A stretch of DNA of 64,000 nt, from contig CBFDEM010000043.1 of assembly GCA_965603825.1 (NCBI GenBank), forward strand, positions 310,001-374,000, read 5' to 3'. Positions 22,034-33,175 of this stretch are shown here, piece by piece (the first letter of the stretch is position 1; each line of letters begins with the position of its first letter). Under the pieces are notes generated by a model that saw only the letters and a program-made list of their open reading frames with translations, was not told the DNA's origin and searched no databases. Position numbers and translations under genes: made by a program. The stretch comes from Blepharisma stoltei ATCC 30299. Taxonomy: Eukaryota; Protista; Ciliophora.

Positions 22034-22730
22034 GATATTTAATTTTAAGATTATAGATAGATTGCTATTTAAAGGGATGCTTATATCAAAGTTTGTACTG
22101 AGAGCCAAGTTTTTCAAGCTTGAGCTGCTGCCAATTATATATTTAAATTATGGCATCTGCTGTTTGACTCTTGGTTCAATAACCCTACAGCAAACTGGAA
22201 TAATTCCAAGCTAAGAGTTGAAGGCGGCCTGAGCTTATTTTTATCATAGCAGTTTTTCTGTACACTTATGGCTGGATATAGAGATACCATAATATACTTT
22301 GAATCCATAGGCATTTCTTTACTGAGAAACTGGTTTATCTAGTGATGCCATCATAAATATCTTCTTTTTATAGAACTTTTCCTTACTCGCATATTTATTA
22401 CGTCCCAAGAAGTTTTCTAATCGAGTTTAAATGAAGTTATTTGCATTGCCTACGATGCCATATTAATGGTATGACTTAAGAATTCCAATTGATGTTACAA
22501 GCACGAGCTAAACGAGCAAAAGAAGCTTACAGATCGTACTCAAGCAAAACTAATAAGTTATCATTATATATTAGAAATTTAAATTCCAAAGAGAATTCGA
22601 TTATGATATGAAATTATAAATATCTCACAATAAGCACATATTGACTGATGCTTTAATCTAAATTTTCTTAGCTAGATTTTCAAAAATCATTTCTATAAAC
22701 TTATTTAAATTACAAATATTTTAATTGTTT

Positions 22731-23147
22731 CTAAACAATCGTCAACGCTCTTCTTCTATTCAAAAGACGTGAATTACCTGGCATTGCGAGTTTTACACTA
22801 GAAGGCTGCGAAGAGCAGTCATCTTTGACTGAAATAGTAGTAAGAGTACTATTCAGGAGCTCCAAGACTTTTTCAACTCTTGGTTTTAGAGCACAATAGT
22901 GCTCATCCTGTTCTTTTGTCATTGGGGTAAACAAAGCAAGTGCATCGCTTGGATTCATTAATTGAAGCCAATTTGTGGAGTTAGAAAAATCATAAGATGG
23001 TTCTATTTCATGTGTGTAATGAGCTTCGAAGCTTTCTAAATTTCAATGTGAGTTGTCACTGCTATCTGCTGTGCTCGCAGTCGAAGTTCTCAATCTACCT
23101 TTCACTTCAGATTCCAGGAGGAAGGCAAAGTTATTAGTGTCCAACAT
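22731..23147 (-). CDS. Hypothetical protein
   Basis: ATG 23147 (MLDTNNFAF), one TGA, in frame with ORF 22731-22958; C-terminal LLNRRRALTIV. Confidence 0.7.
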
Positions 23148-23535
23148 TTAATTATAATAAGGCATGGGAAATGAGTGATGGAAAGATAAAGAAAATTAAA
23201 AAAGTTTATGAGAAAGTTTAGAAAGGAAAATTAACTCTATAGTTGTTATGTGTAATCTTTGCAGGTAAAATTTTTCACTGATGAGTTTTATACCGAAAAT
23301 TTAAAATGGCTTTGATTAAACATTTATAGGGAAAAATTTGTGGAAATTGTAGAGGCAAAGAGGAAAAAATTGATATTTAAATTATAAGAGCAGAAATTAA
23401 GAAGCTAGTTAATTTAAGTATATTTTTCTTTATTTAAAGTTTTAATTTATCATTAAATCTTGGAAACTGAGCAAAACTGGCATTTTATCGTTTTTCTAAT
23501 GCAAATTCAGCAATCAAGCTCATTTACAATAAATT

Positions 23536-24384
23536 CTAAGAATTTAAACTATTTAACAGCCCATGCTTTCCTCTTCATGTTCATTCATTTTCTGCTTTAT
23601 TTTTTAAATTTAAAGCTTGGATTAATTTAAAATTTTCCTCTTCCTGGGTATGCTCTTTATTATAACAAGCTTTAAGCTTTATATGAATATCTGTAGTTTT
23701 TGGTATATGAAAGGTTTTTCTCTTTTTTTTTTTTAGACCATTTGGAATTTTTGGTACAAAATTCTTTACAAGTCTTCCTTCATTATTGTTAAATAATAAA
23801 TTTTCAGCGTTCCCATCACTAAAGACCCTTCTATGTGATTGGACAATTTTTTCTTCTAATTTTTGTTTTGGCTCAATGGTCTTTTTATCGTTTGCGGTCG
23901 GTGAAAATAATTTAAACGTCGATGTAGATACAAACTGATGATCTAACTTTGGGCTTTTAATGCTTCCATTTTGAATATAAATAAGTTCTTCTTTTCCTAA
24001 AATTGTTGGCTTTCTATTGTTATTTCTGTCAATCTTTTGAAAAAAATCAGAAGACACGGGATTAGAAGCACTTTTCCTTCTAGCATTGGATAATTTTATT
24101 GTTTGTTCATAGTTCCCAGTGTAATTTGAATCAATTGGGTTTGAAACTGGATCGTTTATAAAGATGGCGCTAGGTTTAGGTTCTGTTCTTAATATATCAG
24201 CTGAGGATTTGCATCTTATGCCTGCATTGTTCTCTAGTATAAGCAATTTTGGCTCCCTATCTGTGTTTGATGGCTGATTTATTATAACGCTTCTGCGCTT
24301 TTGATTTAGTTTTGAGGCATTTTTGACATGGATGTTTTTGCTTTTTGACAAGCGAATTCGCTCTTTGATTTGCATTGCTCCCAT
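23536..24384 (-). CDS. Hypothetical basic protein
   Basis: ORF extends through two TGA codons to TAG 23536. Confidence 0.65.
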
Positions 24385-24743
24385 TTTTTATTGCGTTTAT
24401 GCATCTAGTTTTTTTTTATTAGGAAGAAAATATTTATCCTTTTGGAGGAACCTGCTATATTTAAATAAATTGTCTAATCAAAAAGGAAAAATTATTAAAA
24501 TTGTTATAATGCTTTCACATTTAATTATATTTGTTCATCAGAATTCGTGATAGTAAATTTTCATATAAAAATAGAGGTTTATATGTTTACGATTTCATTA
24601 TATTTTCATAAGGAGCTTTATAATTATAATGCTTTAACACAGCCTAATTCAATATTGCCTTGCAATTAATTTTTGTTTTTGATAAGAATGATGAAAAACA
24701 TTACATTTTTTTATGTTTATTTTAAGTTGACAACTAACTTATG

Positions 24744-26927
24744 TTAATAGATATCATGCATGATATTGAGAATTAAAGTTGTCCATCCTGCAAAAGGATG
24801 CACCCTCTGTCCTTTTCCTGTTACATCACTATACTGCTCCCACAAAAATCCGTTCTCTTTCCAATTTCCCACAACAGTTTTTATAATATTTTCCTTTAGA
24901 GTCCCGTAAACTTTTCTTAAATCTTCGTCGTCCCAGTAATACAGTTTAATACCTCTGAGCACTAAATAATTGAAATTAATCCAAATTGGCCCTCTTCAAT
25001 AGTTTTCACCAGTGCCATATAGCATATCTGATTTACTTAATGATCTAAGCCCATGCTGTGACCAAAGCTCGCTAGGAGACTTAATCATCTTTATAATTTC
25101 TTTATATCCTGGAGAGTCTTTTTCCAAAATTCCCATGCAAAAAGGCAACAAATTTACATAGCCAATATGAGGAGAAAATGTTTTCTTTTTTATTAATTCA
25201 GGCCGGTCTTCGAGCTTTTTAGCTCTTTTACATTTAGGACAGGAACAGTGGCCTTGGGAGTTTCCACACCAACCGAATTCAGAGCAGCATGGAGAATCTG
25301 AGTATGGGTTGCAGTCAGAAGGACCTCCAAGTGGTGATGGGTTTTGATCTCCACATTTATTGTCGCCTCTCCAATAATATGGAGATTTTCCTTGTTGATC
25401 TATAAATTGATCTCCAGAATAATCACTGTATTTTTTACCATCCCAAAAAAGTTCGTCCAATTGAGATTCAAGTTTTTGAAGTTTTTTTGAATAAATTTCT
25501 CTGTCTTCATCATAGTAAAGATAGCCCGATATTTTGTGCATACATCTTGTAAAATAAGTTATCCACGAATGTAAATCCAAATGACGCTCTTTGGTGCTAA
25601 CCAATTGAGCTCTAGGATAATCATCTAGCCCACTTGCAAGATTATGATCCAACGTTCTCCCTTTCCACATAAAATACCCCTCTTCATTTAATTGACTTAT
25701 ACTAAGCCAAGACAGCCACTTTTTCAGCTGTGGATAAATTGACTTAAAAAATTTTACTTTTTCATTTTCTTCTAAATTTTCCTTTGAGCTGTACATTAGT
25801 GCTTTACTTAAATTTTCTATAGAAAAAATTAGTGTTGGAGGGTTTCCGATGTCCATATTCTGTGATAAAAAGGCTTCAGGCACTCTACTTTCTGATAATG
25901 GGCCTCTTATTTGCTCACGAGGTATCCAACCACGGTCATCCATTGTATTTAGCCAGCTCTTAAGTACCTCTTCACAAATTTCAGAGTTCCAATTGCAAGC
26001 TACTTGTAAATGGAATCCTTCATCTCATAGAAATCCTCTTGGAAAGAAAGTTTTGCTAGGGACGAAGCTTAGCAAAGTATTGTTCATTTTCCTTTCTACA
26101 CCATTAGGTGATTGCACAATAATCGGACCTGAAAATAAGCTCAGCCCAGATAGAAGCATACTTAATGTTGAATATTCAAAATCTTCATAAACTGGCTCCC
26201 CAAACTTGGTTTTGAATTTTTCTTTGAAATTTTCCACAAAATTTTCAAATGGAGGGATTTCAGCATTTCCATATGAAATTGTTACCTCGAAAGGAGATTT
26301 TATAATAAATTGGAAAAATAATAAATTGCTCTCATCAGCTATGTTATTGTCAAGCATCCCAAACGCATCAACTCGTTTTTGGCTATTAAAACTATCTAAT
26401 AGCCATTTTTGGGCAAATCTTTTTACTTTTCATAACTTATCATCAAGGTTTTCAACCTTTGCTCCTTTGGTATAAGACATATAGGATTCATCAGAATTGA
26501 CTTTAATTTCAAATTCAATGCCATCTACAAGTAATTTATCTCCTTGTTTGCTTATACTTCCATGCTTTGTAGCAATGTAAAATACGAGATTAATAAATTT
26601 TCCTTCTTTATCATATGCTGATCGGGCAATGTGATCTCCTTCTAATTCCATTATCCATGAATTTTCAACAATTCTGTATTTTTGTGTAAGCTCTATATAA
26701 TTTTCCTTATCGGCTATCTGCTGCATATAAAACCTTCCTGGATCTGCATATAAGAACGAAAATTCAGCGAGATCTTCTCTGGTTTCATGATTAAGCTTAT
26801 AAGCGCCTCCCCACATAATGCCAAATTCTACCCCTAATTTCTGATTAACAGTCGTCATATAATTTGCAGGGTTCAATAGCCAATCTAAAGCACTTGCAAA
26901 GGTAACTAAGAAGAATAACCCATACAT
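24744..26927 (-). CDS. MOGS: Mannosyl-oligosaccharide glucosidase (ER glucosidase I, GH63) with inserted hevein-like module
   Basis: FFPRGFL-W(TGA)-DEGFH, GWIPREQ, NPPT, SGLDDYPR, NY-W(TGA)-RGPIWINFNYL, WEQY..TGKG..PFAGWT; four ORFs joined in frame. Confidence 0.93.
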
Positions 26928-27108
26928 TGAATTATTATAAATAAAAACGTGTCTAAGAAAAATGCAAATCCACGATAGGTATCTTTATTTAACAAAATTC
27001 ACTAAAAATTTCATTATTTATTATAAAGGTTTGCAATACTCAAATTTCAATATATATATGCCTTCACTCAAATAAATTAGAAAGCCATAAATAATCATTC
27101 TTTATAAA

Positions 27109-27354
27109 ATGGCAACCTTACCAATAGGTCTTTCACCTTTTATCCCTCCTGTCTCAGAAAAGCTTCACCCTGAGCTAGCTTTACTATTATTTGTAATCGG
27201 GTTCATTCTTTTCTCATGGCTTTTTGTGTACCAACTTACAACATCAAAATCTCAAAGAAGTTTGTTTAAAGAAATCTGCATAGCGATTTGCATAAGTGTT
27301 TTGTGGGGATTTGCTGGACTGTTTGGGATGCTATCGGCTGGAGTATACGTATAA
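27109..27354 (+). CDS. TMEM258: OST complex subunit TMEM258/OST5
   Basis: 81 aa, two TM helices, FVYQLT..RSLFKE and C-terminal GVYV. Confidence 0.85.
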   Translation: MATLPIGLSPFIPPVSEKLHPELALLLFVIGFILFSWLFVYQLTTSKSQRSLFKEICIAICISVLWGFAGLFGMLSAGVYV

Positions 27355-27703
27355 TAAACTAAGACCTTATGCTTATCAATAAAATTATAATTGTGCAAAT
27401 ATTTATTCATAAATTGTTTGACTTACTTAGTCTTGTTAAGCCTTAGCTGGAATAAGCTAGCACAATAATTAAGAATTAGCTTCATATTTTTAAATTAACT
27501 CATTTACCTGCAATTATGATATTTATCTTTTATATCTATTAAAGAAAAAGCGAATTTATATTATAAAAGAGAAATGATTATTAGTAACTAAATCTTATTT
27601 GAAGATATTCAATTAAAAATTTTAAAATCCACAAAAGGCAGTAAATCTTCACCTTATAGTCTATAAATAATTTAGAAAAATAATTACTATATGTTTATTA
27701 TAT

Positions 27704-28528
27704 CTAATTATTATCTTCAACAGCCAATGCTTCATACTCAGGACCTAAATTCGGTTTTTCATAAAATTCGACACTCATGCCATACAAAAGTAGCGCTAAG
27801 GTAGGCACAGCAATTACGATTGCTGGCATCCAATCACTAACTGTAACCCTTAAAATCAATAAAAGTCCTGTTAAGAGCAACGCGGAATTAAAAATCAATT
27901 CATTTGCAATAGGCCTTAATCCTGTATTTGATTTTTTATCTGCTCTAAATCTTGCGATCGCACATGAAATGATATGCAGCCCACTTGCAATCATAATCGG
28001 AATAGTTACAATCGCGAAGGAATCTGGAGAGTCTTCATCTAGGTGGAAGACAAACAATAATAAAAATGTTCCAAGACCGAAAAACCACACAAATAGCAAA
28101 AATGCTTGTCTTCTCATATTCACTTCAGGGTCAATAAGGCCAGGTAGCATAAAGCAACAGAATATCAAATACATTAGCAAAGTGTACCAGATAGCAATAA
28201 AAGCCACAGCCCAGCTTGTATCCAAAGTATCGTCTAAAGTCAAAGATCCAATGATCCCAAATACTAGCAATGATAAAGAAATATTATAAGAGATGATAAG
28301 GATAAATCTCCTAGATTTTCCTCGAGGGCAATTTATATTGAAATAACAGTGTATTCCTATTGGAAGAAGGCACAGTGAAAGAAGTATAGGAATTGCTACC
28401 ATAATTCAATCTGCATCTGTTCAATCATCAGCTTTTATTGAAATGAGCACAAGCCCTACAAAAAATGATGCAGCGCCTGCAAACTTAATTACTTGAAATT
28501 CCTTTTCGCTGTCAAGGCCCAAGGTCAT
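27704..28528 (-). CDS. Multi-pass membrane protein, TMEM185-like
   Basis: ATG 28528, two TGA; repeated (L)D...W...IP/IW units (ADWIMVAIPI, SWAVAFIAIW). Confidence 0.7.
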
Positions 28529-30298
28529 TTTTATAATTGTTTATAACAAAACGCCTAGCTTTCGAAGGATTAAATTTGCTTTAAAATTCATCACATAAAT
28601 ATTTCTGAAGGTTTGGGAAAAAATTTGGAATTTTATGGAATTAATTATTGCTACTTGGATGATTAGCTAAAATAGAATATTTTTCATTTCGTTAGTAAGC
28701 ATTTCATTTTGAGATTTCTGAATAAATATATTGGGACATAAATTCATTATGTCAATTTTTAATATTTCCATGCATTGGGATTAATTTTTGAGTTTTATTT
28801 TAGATTCTTTGTTGCTGAAATTTTATTTAGATCTAGCTTATCGGCATCATATTTTACTTCATAATAGATTTTTATAATCTTGTTTATTGATGCTCGTAAT
28901 AAAATTATTTGCTTTATTTAGATAACCCCATTTATCGCCTTCTTATGGGAAATAACTAGTAAATAGAGTGCTTCTTTATTTCTAAAATAAAATTGCTGCT
29001 AGGTTAACATATATCTCTTCAATATCCTATTCTTATAGAATCCTTATCATTTTTGTTGATATTTTGACGTGCGCTTTTAATAATTTTTGAATTTTAATTT
29101 AAATAAAAGTCTATTAAATTCCAAATTTATTATAATTAGGAATTCTTTTTTAAAATAATCTCTTAAATACTTAATTTACTAAAGATAATTCGTCACAATC
29201 GCTAATAGTATAATTTTAAGTAACTTTAGATATAAAAAATATAAAGCGCTTTGCTTGCAAGCAGCAATTATAACTTAATATCATTTTAGTGAAAGATCAA
29301 AACTATTTATACATTAAATAATTTTTTTTTAATGATGATAAAGCAAGTAAGATGACTTCATAATATTATTAGATATGTCATTTATATTAAAGAAATAAGT
29401 GTATTTTAGAAGCTGCATGCCAATAATAAAATATATTGCACTATAAATATCTCTTGCTTGATGTAATATTTAGTATTTAAGCTTCAATATGTGGAGACCA
29501 AAACTTAATTTTGAAAGATTTATAGTTCTTTTTGCCTTAAAAATCTCATTAAATTGTATATTGTGGTAAAAAGAAAGATATTTCTGATAAAAACGCCATT
29601 TATCCTTTTTCATTGAAACTTCATGATTAATTAACTAAACTATTTCATCTTTATATTTTAAAAAAAGAAGGATATGCAGTATAAATCATTTTTATCCATA
29701 TTTTTAAAAAAAAGAAAAGATAACAAAAAACTCGTTGAAATTGATACTAAAATTAAGAATTTTAATATCTGATATGTTTTAATATTGGATTACAACATAT
29801 TGGAATTTAATAAAGCCATAATATTAATAAAATAATTATTTTTTATTATAAATTTATATATTATTCAAGATATCAAATCCAGAAAATTAAAAGAAAAAAA
29901 GCACTATAGCAATCAAATTATCAAAATTCAGATTGAAAATCGTTAGGGTTTGAATTAAAAATTAAAAATCAACTAAAAATGGAAGGAAATGAATAAAATC
30001 GGAATTCCTAAATAAAAGATGTCTTTGCCTTTAAGGTTGCATACGATTATTAAAGTCCTTCACCTTTGATATAAAAAGATGATAATATTAAGTCACACTT
30101 TTCTATCTAGTGGCAAATTAGCGAAACTAAACAAAACAGAAAATGCTTTATTTAACTTCTAGTTTTATCTATTAAACTCAATTTTTGCTAACAAAAGTTT
30201 ATTTAAAACTAATTAGAATTTTCTCATATCATCCATGATTTATATAATAATACACATTCATTTAATAACTCTTAAATAAATCTTAAGGTGTATAGCAT

Positions 30299-30928
30299 TT
30301 AACTCAACCCTGCTGCTTGCAACTTGCTCGTTAAAATCTGGATTTTCGAATCCTTCAGCTTGACTAGCTGCTCAAGTTTGGCAATTTTATTTTCCATAAT
30401 TTCAATTGTTTCTTTAAGTTCATTTATAACTTGCTCTTTTTCTCTTACTGCCGAATTACTAGGTTGAGCTTTCACTTCAGTTGGGCTTTGGCTCTGTCCT
30501 TTAGGTTTTGCGAGTCCTTGAAGTCTTGCGCCTTGAGGAGGACTTTCATCTTGCTCAGGCTTTCTGTCTTTATATTCATTTATTTTTTCTTGAATAAGTC
30601 TAAGGACTCGTTCAATTACCTCTGGCGCACAGTTGACTATGCTGTCAATATCACTTCTAGCTATTTGGAAACCCATCTTCCTAAACACTTTTGTATTTAA
30701 AGTGTTCCAGTTAGCCACTTTTTGCTGAACAGAATGTGCTTGAGGATAATTATGGATTTCTACGAGCTTTGGAAAGAAGTGCTTTATGGTTTCAGCCATC
30801 ATAACTCCATCTGCAAAATCTCTAGTAATGTTACGCTTTGGACGGGAAAGAGGAATATCATCAACCCATTCGTATATTCTTTGGATTTCTTCTTCATCTA
30901 TAGCAGGAGCTTCGATTACACGAGCCAT
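30299..30928 (-). CDS. SPEF1: Sperm flagellar protein 1 (CH domain + coiled coil)
   Basis: WVDDIPLSRPKRNITRDFADG, LVEIHNY, NWNTLNTKVF; C-terminal KLEQLVKLKDSKI. Confidence 0.92.
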   Translation of the reverse strand: MARVIEAPAIDEEEIQRIYEWVDDIPLSRPKRNITRDFADGVMMAETIKHFFPKLVEIHNYPQAHSVQQKVANWNTLNTKVFRKMGFQIARSDIDSIVNCAPEVIERVLRLIQEKINEYKDRKPEQDESPPQGARLQGLAKPKGQSQSPTEVKAQPSNSAVREKEQVINELKETIEIMENKIAKLEQLVKLKDSKIQILTSKLQAAGLS

Positions 30929-31218
30929 TTTAGTTTATTTCATAACTGATAATGAGAGTAGCTAGATTATACGAAATGGAAGCTTAAATTGGATTGATTT
31001 ATATTTTATTAGCAATTTTTTTAATATAACAGTCAATAAGTTCTGAATTTGTTATTTTATTTAAATAAATTGAAAAATTGCTTATTTTTATAAAATAAAA
31101 AATATAATCACATTTTTCTGGTACAATTTTCGATAATTTTTAGATGTGAATTTTTCCAAGAATTAAATCTTGTGGTAATCGCTTTCTTTGTTGGTTATAA
31201 ATTTTTTATATTTAATTT

Positions 31219-33132
31219 ATGGCCAGACTTGCACTTATCAGTAGACATATCGTTAGCTATCGAGCAAGCGTCCCTCTCTATGGGGTGATTTTGATTGAAG
31301 ATGAAGAAATTGATGATATCGTCATTGTCGATGAAAATATTCCAGTCCAAGCTTTACTTTCGAAATTTCGAGATTGGAATCCTTTAAACTACGAAAACCA
31401 ATACATTTCTCCAGGAATTATTGATATAGGCGTTCGTGCTGAGTGGGAAGGCAAAACTAACATCACTCAAATGGCTGCTTCTGGTGGTGTTACCTTCCTT
31501 TTGCAGGAAAAATCAATATGTAACGAGGAAAATGAACCCTCCACATTTAAACTTTATTGTGACGTTGGACAAATTATCCGTATTGACTCAACAAATTTCA
31601 ATGATATAACTGCGCTTAGACATTCAGGAGCTTTTGCATTTAAAGGGTATTTATACCCACCAAGCTGGATGGTTCCTGCTCTCCCTGATGATTTGCCAGC
31701 TGTTTTTTCAAATATCAGTGAAATTGGAGTGCCTTTGATAATCGATTCTTCGTTGCCGCAAACAAGGATGCTGTTTATGGCTTCTCCATGTAGACACTTA
31801 AACTTAAAAGACAGACTGGTGACCGAAATTAAGAATGAGAATGAATTTTTTGCTGCTGCATTTCCTGACTCTACTAATCCAGTTCTTTCTGATGAAGAGG
31901 ACGAAGAAATAATGGTCCCACAGCAAAAAAATAAAAGAACAAGGTCTAATTGTATTAAATGCTCCGTAAGGTTTTCAGGACAGTTTCCAAATGAAGTGAG
32001 GATGTCTCGACCAGTCGAAGCCTTAAAAAAACTTATAGAAAATCCAATGCTAGAAAGAAGCCGAACAGGCTATATAACAAAAAATCGCCGAAGATCCAGT
32101 TATCATGATATATACGAAGATTTAGATTATCGAGTAAAAATAAATGAAGCCAACATAGCAGCACTTATTAAAGCTGAGCAGAAATCCTACGAAAACGCTG
32201 GGAAAACCGTTTTTTCTAAATCCATAAATCGACAGCGTAGCAGTTCTTTTAATGAATTTAAATACAGAGAGCCTGAAGAAACTCAGCCAATGACAGCTCG
32301 CCAAAAAAGGCTAAAAGGGAAAAGACCAATCCCATTAAGCACTAACAATGAAGAATTCATTGATTCTCAAAAAGACCGTCAATATTTAAATCACCTTGTA
32401 AATATTCCTGACAAATGGGAAGCCAAAGGTGTTGAAAAAGTCCTTGAAATTCTACAAGCAGAAACCTGCAAGGTTCATTTTTCTAATTTATCCTCAGCTA
32501 GTGCTATAAATAAAATCCGACAACAAAAAAAGCATATAGAAAATGTGACTTGTGAGACGGCTCCTCATTATTTGTGCTTTAATGACCAGGATATCAGAGA
32601 TGGGGATACGAGGTTTAAGGACTACCCTCCAATTAGGAGTAAAGAAAACTCTCAGCTGTTGTGGGATTTGCTGAAGATGAAAGCGATCGATGTAATTTCG
32701 TCTCATCATGCTACAATACCAATTGATTATAAAAATATTGATAATGGGAGCTTTAAAAAAGCACTCAATGGAGTAAATGGGCTAGGTTTTGCAATGCAAG
32801 CAATCTGGACTGGTCTTTGTACGCCTTCAAGCACAGTGTCTCAAAGAGAGCATTATATAGTCAGGCTTTCCAAGTGGTTTTCATTGCATCCTGCAAAGCT
32901 ACTAGGAATTAATCATAGAAGAGGAAGCATTGATAGAGGAAAATTCGCTGATCTTATTATATGGGATCCGTATGAGCATGTCCATGGAAACTCGAATTCT
33001 GCTTATAAGGAAAGTTGCATTTACCAGGGGAAGAAATTATTAGGAAAAATTTCAAAGGTTTATCTTCGAGGAAAAGTTGTGTATAATGAAGGAAACTTTT
33101 ATAGCCACGGAGCAAGGTTGTCAGGTATATAA
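31219..33132 (+). CDS. Allantoinase/dihydroorotase-like amidohydrolase (metal ligands degenerate)
   Basis: PGIID, AASGGVT, AFKGYL, VTCETAPHYL, FK.YPPIR, PAKLLG..RGSI..GKFADLIIWDP. Confidence 0.82.
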   Translation: MARLALISRHIVSYRASVPLYGVILIEDEEIDDIVIVDENIPVQALLSKFRDWNPLNYENQYISPGIIDIGVRAEWEGKTNITQMAASGGVTFLLQEKSICNEENEPSTFKLYCDVGQIIRIDSTNFNDITALRHSGAFAFKGYLYPPSWMVPALPDDLPAVFSNISEIGVPLIIDSSLPQTRMLFMASPCRHLNLKDRLVTEIKNENEFFAAAFPDSTNPVLSDEEDEEIMVPQQKNKRTRSNCIKCSVRFSGQFPNEVRMSRPVEALKKLIENPMLERSRTGYITKNRRRSSYHDIYEDLDYRVKINEANIAALIKAEQKSYENAGKTVFSKSINRQRSSSFNEFKYREPEETQPMTARQKRLKGKRPIPLSTNNEEFIDSQKDRQYLNHLVNIPDKWEAKGVEKVLEILQAETCKVHFSNLSSASAINKIRQQKKHIENVTCETAPHYLCFNDQDIRDGDTRFKDYPPIRSKENSQLLWDLLKMKAIDVISSHHATIPIDYKNIDNGSFKKALNGVNGLGFAMQAIWTGLCTPSSTVSQREHYIVRLSKWFSLHPAKLLGINHRRGSIDRGKFADLIIWDPYEHVHGNSNSAYKESCIYQGKKLLGKISKVYLRGKVVYNEGNFYSHGARLSGI

Positions 33133-33175
33133 ATATCTTAAAATGTATTTAATTATTTTGCTGGAAAATTAATAT

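Noticed and set aside
22100-22560. Slightly GC-richer intergenic stretch that might be a gene relic
   Set aside because: Minus-strand frames I translated contain TAA/TAG and no recognisable motif
28529-30298. 1.8-kb AT-rich gap, including a 12-bp palindrome TGCTTGCAAGCA near 29252
   Set aside because: No ORF, terminal repeats or RNA motif detected; short palindrome is compatible with chance; cannot support an IES or mobile element call
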